64,000 nucleotides of DNA from IMG/VR virus record IMGVR_UViG_3300038312_000193, one strand, 5' to 3'. Below, one piece after another: positions 41,276-50,872 of this stretch. The translations under genes were made by a program, and so were the position numbers. Origin of the DNA: a virus. The notes beneath the pieces were generated by a model that had not been told where the DNA came from, did no database searches, and worked only from the letters and a program-made list of their open reading frames with translations. The stretch's first letter is position 1. Each line of letters opens with the position of its first letter.

Positions 41276-41364
41276 AGAGGGATAGGGTAGCTCCCGAAAG
41301 TGTAATCTCCAATACATTTCCCTCTTTAATTATTAATTGGAGTTTATTATATGGAGGTAATAAA
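41276..41364 (+). promoter_or_regulatory. structured endonuclease leader C
   Basis: AGAGGGA/TCCCTCT, GGGTAGCTCCC, loop CTCCAA complementary to TTGGAG (41337) and SD TGGAG (41352). Confidence 0.7.
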
Positions 41365-42468
41365 ATGTCTAAAAAACTTACGTATGAATATGTAAAAAAT
41401 TATATTGAGCAATTTGGATATAAATTAATTAGTATAGAGTATTTAAATGCTCATCAACTTTTAGAAATTGAATGTGATAAAGAGCATAGATATTTCGCAA
41501 AATTTAATAATTTTAAATCAGGTAAAAGATGTCCAGAATGTGCAAAACTTAATAGAGGTAATAATAGAAGATTGTCATTTGAATTTATTAAAAGTGATAT
41601 AGAATCAAATGGAATTTTAAAATTATTATCGGATAATTATAAAAATAATACTACTTTATTAACTATTAGATGTTTACATGGACATGAATTTAATATTAGA
41701 TATTGTGATTTAAAAAGAAACCATATACAATGTCCTATATGTAGGAAAGAACAAATTGCTAAAGATTATGCGTTTACTTATGAAGAAGTTAAAACGTATA
41801 TTGAAAGTCAAGGTTATGTATTATTATCTACAGAATATAAAAACAATACTATCCCATTGTTAGTAAAATGCCCTAATGGTCATATTTACTATGTCAAATA
41901 CAGTAATTTTAGAGATGGTAAAAGGTGTAGGATTTGTTCTATGAAAGAAGCAGGATATAAAAAAAGACTTACTTTTGAACAAGTTAAAAAATATATTGAA
42001 TCTTTTGAAGGATATAAATTATTATCTACTGAGTATAAAATTGCCAGTAGTAAATTATTAATTAAATGTCCAGAAAATCATATATTTGAATGTTCTTTTA
42101 ATAAATTTAGAGATGGTCAAAGATGTCCAATTTGTAAGGAATCTAAAGGTGAACAAAGAGTAAGAGAATATCTTGCCAATAACAATATACCATTTAAAAG
42201 ACAGTATATATTTGAGGATTGTAGAAATATTGAACCATTAAGATTTGATTTTGCGGTGTTTGATTCTGAAAAGAATTTAGTCAAATTAATTGAATATGAT
42301 GGTGAGTTTCATTATTTACCAATAGAAAGCAAGAGTAAATTAAGGTATCAACAAAAATTAGATTCAATCAAAAATAATTATTGTCAAAATAATAATATAA
42401 TATTATTGCGTATCCCCTATTGGGATTTTGATAATATTGAAAATATCTTATTAAAAGAAGTTAGTTAA
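41365..42468 (+). CDS. free-standing repeat-array Vsr/DUF559-like putative homing endonuclease
   Basis: four ~65-aa repeats, then ESKGE, LRFDF, IEYDGEFH, LLRIPYW. Confidence 0.85.
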   Translation: MSKKLTYEYVKNYIEQFGYKLISIEYLNAHQLLEIECDKEHRYFAKFNNFKSGKRCPECAKLNRGNNRRLSFEFIKSDIESNGILKLLSDNYKNNTTLLTIRCLHGHEFNIRYCDLKRNHIQCPICRKEQIAKDYAFTYEEVKTYIESQGYVLLSTEYKNNTIPLLVKCPNGHIYYVKYSNFRDGKRCRICSMKEAGYKKRLTFEQVKKYIESFEGYKLLSTEYKIASSKLLIKCPENHIFECSFNKFRDGQRCPICKESKGEQRVREYLANNNIPFKRQYIFEDCRNIEPLRFDFAVFDSEKNLVKLIEYDGEFHYLPIESKSKLRYQQKLDSIKNNYCQNNNIILLRIPYWDFDNIENILLKEVS

Positions 42469-42505
42469 CAAATTAAATTTTTATGATTAAAAGGAGACTT
42501 ATTTT

Positions 42506-42970
42506 ATGAGTATTAATATGGATACACGTTCATCAATTAAAAATTTATGTCCTTGGGCAGTAAGTTTTAGATTGCCTAATTCAAATGGTGATGTTTATTT
42601 AGAAGCAAATAAAAAAACAACTATTAATAATGGAGAATTAGTTACTTTAATAGAAAATAATAATGTTCTTTTTGTTGGAACTGGAAATGGTAATCATGCT
42701 CGTATTTATGTTGATAACCCTGAAGTACGAGTATATGTTGGTTTTGAGTCAGAAGATGGTAAAGAAAAACAATTTGTTTTAACCGATGAAGAATGCCAAA
42801 AATTATTTGATTACAAAACATTTGGTACTTTTAAAAAACATATAGAAGAAAATGTTGTTGCCAATCATGAGAAACATAAAATAATGGAATATGCAAGAAA
42901 AATTAAACTAAATGACTATGATAAGATCAGTTTTTTAGAAAGTCATTGTGGTATCCCATTTAAGGAATAA
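42506..42970 (+). CDS. head module hypothetical protein
   Basis: AAGGAG RBS; position after capsid gene. Confidence 0.75.
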   Translation: MSINMDTRSSIKNLCPWAVSFRLPNSNGDVYLEANKKTTINNGELVTLIENNNVLFVGTGNGNHARIYVDNPEVRVYVGFESEDGKEKQFVLTDEECQKLFDYKTFGTFKKHIEENVVANHEKHKIMEYARKIKLNDYDKISFLESHCGIPFKE

Positions 42971-42984
42971 GGAGGTTATCACTT

Positions 42985-43410
42985 ATGGGTACACCTCTTC
43001 AAACTTTATATACAAGATTTCAAACAAAAGTAGACGAGGATTTAACTGGAAAAGAATCTTTAATTTTTGCTTTAGTGGATGTTGCTATAAGTAAATCCGA
43101 TAAAACATGTATTCATGGTTTAACTTACGTTTTAACTGATCCAGAAGCAAATCCATTAACTTATGATGGTAATTTTGATGAAAGTTTAAATAATGATGAA
43201 ATAGAATTGCTTTCTTTGTGGATGAAATATGAATGGAAAAATAGAAAAGTATCTAAACTTGAGGCACAAGAAAGAGATATTGGCACTAGTGATTTCAATA
43301 GATTAGAAAATAAAGCAACTTTACTAAAAGAATTACGTTCAGGAGTAAAAGAAGTTTTAGACGAAATAAATTCTTTAAAAAATGATATGAATACTTATCA
43401 ATATAATTAA
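42985..43410 (+). CDS. putative head-tail adaptor
   Basis: MGTP start, L...EIELLSLWM..EW motif, position. Confidence 0.6.
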   Translation: MGTPLQTLYTRFQTKVDEDLTGKESLIFALVDVAISKSDKTCIHGLTYVLTDPEANPLTYDGNFDESLNNDEIELLSLWMKYEWKNRKVSKLEAQERDIGTSDFNRLENKATLLKELRSGVKEVLDEINSLKNDMNTYQYN

Positions 43411-43421
43411 GGGGTGATATT

Positions 43422-43664
43422 TTGAAAGAAAGCATACTTATACAAGTGCCTGTATCTGGTGAAATGACATTATCGGATGTATGTGATAAAGAATGCCGTA
43501 AATTGCGCTCCTTATTATATTTACTTGAAAAAGAATTTAATACAAAAATGATTGAACATTCTGAGATTAGAAAATTTATATTAGATTCATCTAATTTTAT
43601 TCAACGTATTCCAGATATGGTTTCTGAGATTGTAAAGGTTGATGTAAATGGAAATAAAAAATGA
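43422..43664 (+). CDS. hypothetical protein
   Basis: RBS, operon packing. Confidence 0.7.
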   Translation: MKESILIQVPVSGEMTLSDVCDKECRKLRSLLYLLEKEFNTKMIEHSEIRKFILDSSNFIQRIPDMVSEIVKVDVNGNKK

Positions 43665-44832
43665 ATGGATGACTGATTATAGTTATTTTGGAACAGATTA
43701 TCCAAATAACAAATTATTAGATGATGCTAAATATAGATTTGAATTACAAAAACAATCTTTAGAAGGTAAAGATGCTTTAATTGATGGAGTTTCTGAACGT
43801 ATAGTTGCTCAAAATCATACTAATCCTTTAAATCAAGAAAAGTATGATAAGAAATTATGTTTTGATATAAGTAGTAATGTGCATACAGGTTCAATTATTG
43901 AATTTGATAGTAAAACTTATTTAGTTACAAGTCAAATATTTAGTAAACAGGCATATAAAATTGGTAGTGTATTGGAATGTGTAAATACGTTGAATGTTTA
44001 CAAAAACAACACCTCTTACCAAATACCTTGTGTCGTAGAATCTGGAGTAAGAACTTCACAACTAGGCACAGACAAAAACACCTATATTGAAATACCATCA
44101 GGTACTATTACTATGAGATTGCCTAATACTGAAATTACTAGGTTGATTGCTAGGGATGAGGTTTATCAGATAGGATTGCAATCATGGCAGGTCAAAGACA
44201 TTAACGATATTATTGAACCTGGATTATTGGTTTTTAAATTAGAATACAGCCAAGTGGCACAAGAAACTCATGTTTATGGGATTACTATACTAAATGGATT
44301 GTCAATAAGTATTCAGGAAGGTAGTAATCTTCAGTTAAATGTACAGGCCACAGATAATTCAGAAATTGTATCTTCCCCTACACTATCTTATGCTAGTAGT
44401 AATGAATTGATTTGCACTGTTGATTCTAGTGGATTGGTGAGTGCTATTGATGGTGGTAGTTGTGTGGTTAGTGTTAGTTTTAATGGGGTGAGTGCAAGTA
44501 TAGCAATTAATGTGATTGAAGCAGTTCAACATAATATTACAGCAGAAATTAATAGTGGAAGTTCTACAATTGTATTAAATAAAACATCTAATTATACTTG
44601 TGTATTTAAAGATAACGGTGTTGTAGTGCCAGGTACTTCCGTATTTTATTTAACTGCTGACGATGGTACAAGTAATACTACTTTAGCAACAATATCGGTA
44701 CAAGATAGTGCGTTGAATACTTGTACAATAACTGCTGGAAATACTCTTGGATATGTGAAACTTTGGGTAAGAAATGAAAGTGGAAGTATTGTATCTCAAC
44801 CGTTTAGAATACAGATTAAGAATTTGTTTTAA
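43648..44832 (+). CDS. head-closure-like protein with Ig-like (Big_2) domain
   Basis: YASSNELICTVDSSGLVSAIDGGSCVVSV. Confidence 0.7.
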   Translation: MEIKNEWMTDYSYFGTDYPNNKLLDDAKYRFELQKQSLEGKDALIDGVSERIVAQNHTNPLNQEKYDKKLCFDISSNVHTGSIIEFDSKTYLVTSQIFSKQAYKIGSVLECVNTLNVYKNNTSYQIPCVVESGVRTSQLGTDKNTYIEIPSGTITMRLPNTEITRLIARDEVYQIGLQSWQVKDINDIIEPGLLVFKLEYSQVAQETHVYGITILNGLSISIQEGSNLQLNVQATDNSEIVSSPTLSYASSNELICTVDSSGLVSAIDGGSCVVSVSFNGVSASIAINVIEAVQHNITAEINSGSSTIVLNKTSNYTCVFKDNGVVVPGTSVFYLTADDGTSNTTLATISVQDSALNTCTITAGNTLGYVKLWVRNESGSIVSQPFRIQIKNLF

Positions 44833-44846
44833 AGGATGTGTTTTGA

Positions 44847-45347
44847 TTGGAGAAATCATTTAAATTTAAAAATATAGAGAGTAACTTAACTAAACTATTT
44901 ATGTTGATTTATGAAAATCAAAACATCAATAAATATATATACTATTTAAATGATGATCCCCTCTCCTCTCCTGCTGTACCTGTTGACCTTTATGAAAACG
45001 GCAATTTTATCTTAGGTTTTTATGATGGAAGTATACCTACAGAAGAAAAAATAAGATTCTTCCTTAATGTATCATCTGGCAATCTTGCTAAAAATCCAAT
45101 GGATAAAATTGTATATCCTGTCCAAGTTATAATTCCAAGTAGATGGGAAATTCTTCATGGTCGTGGTGAGATAAGAGCAATTAGAATTTTCGATGAAATT
45201 TCACAAATGATAGATCAACAAAAAGTAGCAGGAATGACAGGAGCAGAAGTAATTAACTATAGGGCAGGTAGAATGTCTGGTACAGAATATTCTATATTTT
45301 CTGTTGAAATAGTTATTAAATCTGCAACAACAAAAGGGTTGAGATAA
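44847..45347 (+). CDS. putative tail completion protein
   Basis: position and size. Confidence 0.55.
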   Translation: MEKSFKFKNIESNLTKLFMLIYENQNINKYIYYLNDDPLSSPAVPVDLYENGNFILGFYDGSIPTEEKIRFFLNVSSGNLAKNPMDKIVYPVQVIIPSRWEILHGRGEIRAIRIFDEISQMIDQQKVAGMTGAEVINYRAGRMSGTEYSIFSVEIVIKSATTKGLR

Positions 45348-46078
45348 TGGATAATACTAAATATATTTTTGCTCAACCTGATTATATAGAAGGAATTGGG
45401 AACATATATCCTATTAAATTAAAGGATTATGATAAATTTCAAGAATGTTCAAAGTTATTATATATATCTAAAGGTAATTTTATTGAATGTGATGATGTTC
45501 CTTTATTGGCCTTAATATTTATTTATTTTGAACAATTAGGTTTAACTGAAGAAGAATTAGTTACTTCTTTAGAAAACTTGTTTTCATTAGTTTTAAAAGA
45601 AACAGTTAAATTAAAAACTGATGAGAAAACAATTTGGTTTGAGATAAATAATAATGATAATATAATTAATTTTAATAATTATGATGTTTTGCGGTCAGTA
45701 ATTATGAAACAAAATTTAATGCATGAACCTAAGATTTATAAAACAAAACTTATGAATCAATGGGCAGAAAAAGCATTAAAAGCAAAACAAAAAAATGCTC
45801 CTAATATTACCTTAGAAGATATTGTTTCAACCGTATCTGTTGGGTGTCATAAGCATTATTGGGATTTAGAAAATTATACAATTTATCAACTTTATTCTGA
45901 TTTTTATAGATTAAGAAAAACAATTGAATATGATACAAGCATACAATTCCAATGTGTAAGTACGAAAGACTTAAAAATACAAGATTATGCTGAAAGTTTA
46001 GACTTATTTCATAATCCATATGATGATTTATTTGTAAGTTCAGATAAATTAAGTGGACTAAATAAAGCAATAAAATAA
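45347..46078 (+). CDS. tail module hypothetical protein
   Basis: IYPIKL, VIMKQN, YTIYQL motifs; coupled to upstream gene. Confidence 0.7.
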   Translation: MDNTKYIFAQPDYIEGIGNIYPIKLKDYDKFQECSKLLYISKGNFIECDDVPLLALIFIYFEQLGLTEEELVTSLENLFSLVLKETVKLKTDEKTIWFEINNNDNIINFNNYDVLRSVIMKQNLMHEPKIYKTKLMNQWAEKALKAKQKNAPNITLEDIVSTVSVGCHKHYWDLENYTIYQLYSDFYRLRKTIEYDTSIQFQCVSTKDLKIQDYAESLDLFHNPYDDLFVSSDKLSGLNKAIK

Positions 46079-46093
46079 AGGAGGAAATTATTT

Positions 46094-46861
46094 ATGGGTA
46101 AAAAACTTGTCTGTGATGTATTTGACGCAGTAATGATTGATAATACAGATGGTTCCGTAGCAGGTACTACTACATTACAAAGTGCAAATATTGATGTAGT
46201 GGTAAATGAAGTAGAGGTTAGGGCTGGTAAAGGTAATGCATTACAAGCTACTCTTCATGTTCAACGTGATATAAACGTTGATCTAACTGATATCGAGTGG
46301 AAACCCGAATGGGTTGCTAAACAGTTAGGTACTACTATTACTACTGGTGCAGGAGAAGCTTATGCTATGCCTAAATGGTATGAAGCAGTAGATTTAGATG
46401 GGGAAGAAGTAGGAACAGCTATTGGTTTTAATCTTGATGAAACCCCTCTTACAACTGATAGTGGATTAAAAATATATGATGAAGATGGCACAGAAGTTGT
46501 TGTAACAACTGGTTATACTATTACCGGAAAAGCAGTTACAATTGTTGGTGGAGTTGCTGGCGATATGTATGAAGTAAGAACATATAAATATGCTACTCCT
46601 GCTACTACACAAACATTAACATTTGAATCTGATAAATTCGCTAAAGGTGTAACACTTGCATTGTCTACATTTGAAACAGATGAAAATGAAACACATCCAT
46701 TTGAATTACAGTACCAATTTCCTTCAGCCATACCTAATGGTAGTTTCCAGATTAATACTTCGTCTGAGAAAAATGCTTCAACACAGAATTTAAAATTGAA
46801 AATTGTTAAACCCGCAACCACAACCGTTGTTGGTAAGTTACTTAGAATACCACTTCAATAA
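46094..46861 (+). CDS. major tail (tube) protein
   Basis: EVRAGKGN motif, Thr/Gly-rich, position. Confidence 0.75.
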   Translation: MGKKLVCDVFDAVMIDNTDGSVAGTTTLQSANIDVVVNEVEVRAGKGNALQATLHVQRDINVDLTDIEWKPEWVAKQLGTTITTGAGEAYAMPKWYEAVDLDGEEVGTAIGFNLDETPLTTDSGLKIYDEDGTEVVVTTGYTITGKAVTIVGGVAGDMYEVRTYKYATPATTQTLTFESDKFAKGVTLALSTFETDENETHPFELQYQFPSAIPNGSFQINTSSEKNASTQNLKLKIVKPATTTVVGKLLRIPLQ

Positions 46862-46874
46862 TTTTATTAATATA

Positions 46875-46972
46875 AAAGATAGATTAAATTAGACCAATTT
46901 AATTAATAAGGACGATTCAGGAAAATCGTCCTTATTTTATTTTATTCAGGAATATCTACAGGAGGATAAATA
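46875..46972 (+). promoter_or_regulatory. structured endonuclease leader D (second loop apparently inverted)
   Basis: two hairpins; downstream TTCAGGAA and SD CAGGAGG. Confidence 0.65.
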
Positions 46973-48280
46973 TTGAAAAAATTAACATATGAAGAGGTAA
47001 AACAATATTTTGAATTATATGATTATACATTAATTTCAACTGAATATATAAATAGTTCTAAGAAATTATTAACATTTTGTCCTTGTGGTCATAAATATGA
47101 AGTTTCATACAATAAATTTTCACAGGGTAAACGATGTACGATATGTCAAGGAATTAAAAGATATACTTATGAAGAAGTGAAAGATATTTTTAAAGATAAT
47201 GGATGTGAATTATTATCTACAGAATATATAAACAATCATATTCCATTAAAATATAAATGTTCTTGTGGGAATTATAGTGAAATACGTTTATATAATTTTT
47301 TAATTGGCGAACGATGTAAATTATGTGGAATGCAAAAAACTAAAGACAAACAAAAACATAGTTATGATTATGTAAAAGATAGATATGAAAATAAAAAATA
47401 TATATTATTATCTGATAAATATAATAATTACCATGAACCTTTAGAATGTATATGCCCTAATGGACATCATATAGAAAAAAGTTTGGCTTCATTAGATTTT
47501 GGTTATGATTGTTATATTTGTGCTGATCAAAATTTAAGGTTAGATTATACATATTTAAAATCATATTATGCTAGTTGTGGTTGTGAATTATTAACTACTG
47601 AAGAAGAATATTGTGGAGTTGGACATAATAATTCACTTGAATTTAGGTGTTCATGTGGTAATATAACTCAAAATAGTTTTTATAATTTTAAAAACGGTGA
47701 AAGATGTTGGGAATGTGCAAAGAATAAAAAGGTTCAAACTAATTTAATTAAATATGGTGTAGAACATACTTTATCTGATAATGAGGTTTGGTTAAAAACA
47801 AGAAAAACTTTATATAAGAATGGCAATGTTCCAAGTTCAACCCAACAAGATTATCTTTATAAAATATTTGGCGGAGAGTTAAATTATTTAGTTGAAAATA
47901 TTAATGTAGATATATTATTAGATAATTTAATCATTATTGAATATGATGGATCGGGTCATGATTTAAGTGTTAAATATTGTAGTATAACACAAGAACAATT
48001 TAATAAAAAAGAGATAAGAAGAAGTTATTTTTTAAAAAATAAAGGTTATAAAATAATTCGTATCATTTCAACCAAAGATAAACTTCCCTTAGATGATACC
48101 TTACTTTTAATGTTAGATTATGCTAAAGAGTATTTATCTACAAATCATTCGTGGATTCATTTTGATATAGATAATCAAAAAATAATAACATCTCAATATA
48201 TAATTAATGTTGATTATGGTAAATTACGTAAAATCAAAAGTAAAGATATTGAAGATTATAAACAATACGTAAGTTTATAA
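46973..48280 (+). CDS. free-standing repeat-array Vsr/DUF559-like (EDxHD-type) endonuclease
   Basis: four C.CGH/N...RC..C repeats; NVDI, IIEYDGSGHD, GYKIIRI. Confidence 0.85.
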   Translation: MKKLTYEEVKQYFELYDYTLISTEYINSSKKLLTFCPCGHKYEVSYNKFSQGKRCTICQGIKRYTYEEVKDIFKDNGCELLSTEYINNHIPLKYKCSCGNYSEIRLYNFLIGERCKLCGMQKTKDKQKHSYDYVKDRYENKKYILLSDKYNNYHEPLECICPNGHHIEKSLASLDFGYDCYICADQNLRLDYTYLKSYYASCGCELLTTEEEYCGVGHNNSLEFRCSCGNITQNSFYNFKNGERCWECAKNKKVQTNLIKYGVEHTLSDNEVWLKTRKTLYKNGNVPSSTQQDYLYKIFGGELNYLVENINVDILLDNLIIIEYDGSGHDLSVKYCSITQEQFNKKEIRRSYFLKNKGYKIIRIISTKDKLPLDDTLLLMLDYAKEYLSTNHSWIHFDIDNQKIITSQYIINVDYGKLRKIKSKDIEDYKQYVSL

Positions 48281-48464
48281 TTTAAATAATCAATATAAAT
48301 ATCATAGGCAGGTATTTTGTGTCTGCCTTAAATATTTATATATTTTTTTAACATAACAATACAAAATCGACGTTTTATGCAAATTTTAGATGCTAGAAAT
48401 GCCTAGAAATGGGCATTTATTTTTTTGTGTATTTTTAGATTTTAGTGAGAATTTATAAATTGGA

Positions 48465-48905
48465 GTGATTTTTATTTCAGAACTCAAATTAATTATTGAT
48501 AATAATGTTTTGGAAAAATACAATCAATATTATTTTACAAAGTATCCAAAACGTAAAAAAGTTCCTATTGATAAACCTACTCACCCATCTATAAATAAAT
48601 GGATGATTATGAAAAGACCTCAAATGAACGATTTAAAACAGAAAATAAAAGAATTCATCATATGGTTTGTAGAAGAAAATGGTTTAACTAATAAGAAACT
48701 TGAAAAGTGTGAAATGACTTTTATTAGTTACTTCAAAACCAAAATTCGCAAAGATTGTGATAACACTGTTCCTAAATTTTATTTAGATGGTTTATCAGAA
48801 TCAGGATTAATTATTGATGATGACTCATTACATTTAACAAGTCTTACTTTAAAATGTGGATATGATAAAGAGTGGCCTAGAACGGAGATACATATAAATT
48901 ATTAA
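48465..48905 (+). CDS. rusA: RusA-family Holliday junction resolvase
   Basis: RKDCDN..K...DGL...IIDDD. Confidence 0.8.
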   Translation: MIFISELKLIIDNNVLEKYNQYYFTKYPKRKKVPIDKPTHPSINKWMIMKRPQMNDLKQKIKEFIIWFVEENGLTNKKLEKCEMTFISYFKTKIRKDCDNTVPKFYLDGLSESGLIIDDDSLHLTSLTLKCGYDKEWPRTEIHINY

Positions 48906-48927
48906 TATAATTGGAGGTAAATATATT

Positions 48928-49467
48928 ATGTTTATTTCAGAAATTAAAGATGATGAAGGTTTATACAACGGTAAAACTTTTGAAGTTAAATCCCATATAT
49001 CATTTATAGAAAAGAAAATTTTATGTGAACAGATAATAGATAGTTGTTTAGTTGCAGATGAAAACAATATGGTTAGTTGCGATTTCTTCATGAAATATTT
49101 ATTAACAAATATGAAAATAGTTGCTTTATTTACAGATTTGGAGTTTGGAGAAGAATCTGTGCAAGAGTATGATTTTCTAAACGAGAATGAGTTAATGGAT
49201 TATATTTTGAATCGGATTGATGATTGTGAGATAAGTTTTATAAATGAAATGATTAATAAAGAAATTGAGCAGAGAATACGGATGGGGAATAGCATTGAGT
49301 CAATTATTGCTAGTAGATTGGATAAATTGATTGATAAGGTACCAGACCAAAAATCCATAAAGAAAATTCTTAATGACATTCCAAAATCCGTGAATAAAAT
49401 CAAACCTGAAAATCTTGAAATTATAAAAGGGATTTTGAATAAGCAAGGTGATGGTGTTGGCAAGTAA
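48928..49467 (+). CDS. tail-module hypothetical protein (possible chaperone)
   Basis: GGAGG RBS; position. Confidence 0.7.
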   Translation: MFISEIKDDEGLYNGKTFEVKSHISFIEKKILCEQIIDSCLVADENNMVSCDFFMKYLLTNMKIVALFTDLEFGEESVQEYDFLNENELMDYILNRIDDCEISFINEMINKEIEQRIRMGNSIESIIASRLDKLIDKVPDQKSIKKILNDIPKSVNKIKPENLEIIKGILNKQGDGVGK

Positions 49468-49942
49468 GAGTTTTAAAAGTTTAAGTCAACTTGAACAATA
49501 TATCCAATCTCAAGCAGATAAGGTTCTTGTTACTCATGTTGGTGAAGTAATCAAAGATGAATTAGAATCCAGTGCAATTGAGATGTTAAATGAATATGAA
49601 CCATCGGTTTATGATAGAAGAAGTTCTAGTAATTCATTAGATAGTGGAGGTATTGCAGATAAAAACACTATGTCTTCTGAATTAATTTCAAGTGGAGTAT
49701 TGATTGTAACACCAAAAGCAGAAAGAAATATGGATTTTAGTAAGTACCCAGGATGGGGTTATGATACAAATAAATCACTCGCAGAGAATTTAATTGAGGG
49801 ATATGGAAATCGTCAATATCCCTGGAATCAACCAAGAGATTTTATTGAAGATACAAGAGAGAATCTTAGAAAAAATAAAAATCATGTAGAGGCTATGCGT
49901 GATGGTTTAGAAGAGATTTTTGGGAAAGGTAATGTGATTTAA
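49457..49942 (+). CDS. HK97 gp10-like tail-module protein (tentative)
   Basis: YEPSVYDRR, IEGYG, PRDFIEDT motifs. Confidence 0.6.
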   Translation: MASKSFKSLSQLEQYIQSQADKVLVTHVGEVIKDELESSAIEMLNEYEPSVYDRRSSSNSLDSGGIADKNTMSSELISSGVLIVTPKAERNMDFSKYPGWGYDTNKSLAENLIEGYGNRQYPWNQPRDFIEDTRENLRKNKNHVEAMRDGLEEIFGKGNVI

Positions 49943-49975
49943 CAAAATAGTGGTTTTGTGATAATGACGCAGTTT

Positions 49976-50010
49976 AAAGTAGGGATATTTTATATATTCC
50001 CTACTTTTTG
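49976..50010 (+). terminator. intrinsic terminator
   Basis: AAAGTAGGGA/TCCCTACTTTTT. Confidence 0.65.
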
Positions 50011-50062
50011 ATTTTGAAAATAATTTCATTGATATAGATAAATATATTGAGGATGTGAATAA

Positions 50063-50272
50063 ATGCCTAGAAAAATATTTCGTCAAACAATTACAAGTCC
50101 TGAATTATGGGAAAAAGTTAATCCTAAAAATATATCTTTAATGCAAAGGTTTCTTAAAGAAAAGAATACAAGATGCTCTAATCTTACAGTAGAGGGATAT
50201 GATTCAGATTTACGCATATTCTTCACTTGGAATTTAATATACAATGAAAATAAATATTTCCTTGGGATATAA
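50063..50272 (+). pseudogene. truncated tyrosine recombinase (N-terminal fragment)
   Basis: FL......S..T..GY.SDL..FF.W integrase N-terminal pattern; no catalytic domain follows. Confidence 0.65.
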
Positions 50273-50402
50273 AAAATAAAATTTTAGATGAAATTTTTAA
50301 TCCATACTTAAGTAATAAAATTAATATCGCTTAAATTAACCGATCTTCCCCTTGTGTTAGTTATTTACATATGTTAAAATTAACACAAGGAGGTTGATAT
50401 GT

Positions 50403-50762
50403 ATGGCTTCTGGTGATATTATAGCAGGTGATTTTCCTGAGAAATCATTTATAATCAGTGTGTTTGGTAATATATCAATACAGTGTAGTACAATTAAAAA
50501 TCCATCATTTAAATATGATATTACTAAAAGTATAAAAAATATTGAAATTATTACTGAAGAAACAAAGAAAAAATTTTTAGGTGCTGCTGGCTGGGGTACA
50601 GTTGGAGCAATTGCTCTCGGCCCTTTAGGTGCGATTGCTGGAATATTAGTTGGAGGTAATAAGAAAGAAATATTGATTGCATGTGAATTAAAAAACGGTA
50701 AAAAGTTTATTGCTACAGTTGATAATAAATTGTATAAGAATATGTTAAAAGTTAGTTATTAG
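50403..50762 (+). CDS. moron-like small protein with Gly/Ala-rich membrane segment
   Basis: GAAGWGTVGAIALGPLGAIAGILVGG; own promoter TTGTGT-17-TAAAAT; terminator 50811-50838. Confidence 0.75.
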   Translation: MASGDIIAGDFPEKSFIISVFGNISIQCSTIKNPSFKYDITKSIKNIEIITEETKKKFLGAAGWGTVGAIALGPLGAIAGILVGGNKKEILIACELKNGKKFIATVDNKLYKNMLKVSY

Positions 50763-50872
50763 TATATTATTTATAAATATTTAAAAATTTAATATCTTAA
50801 AATTCATCAGAAGTGGGATATATCCACTTCTTTTTTTGTTGTCTATTTTTAAAAGAAAGGAAGTGGATATAT

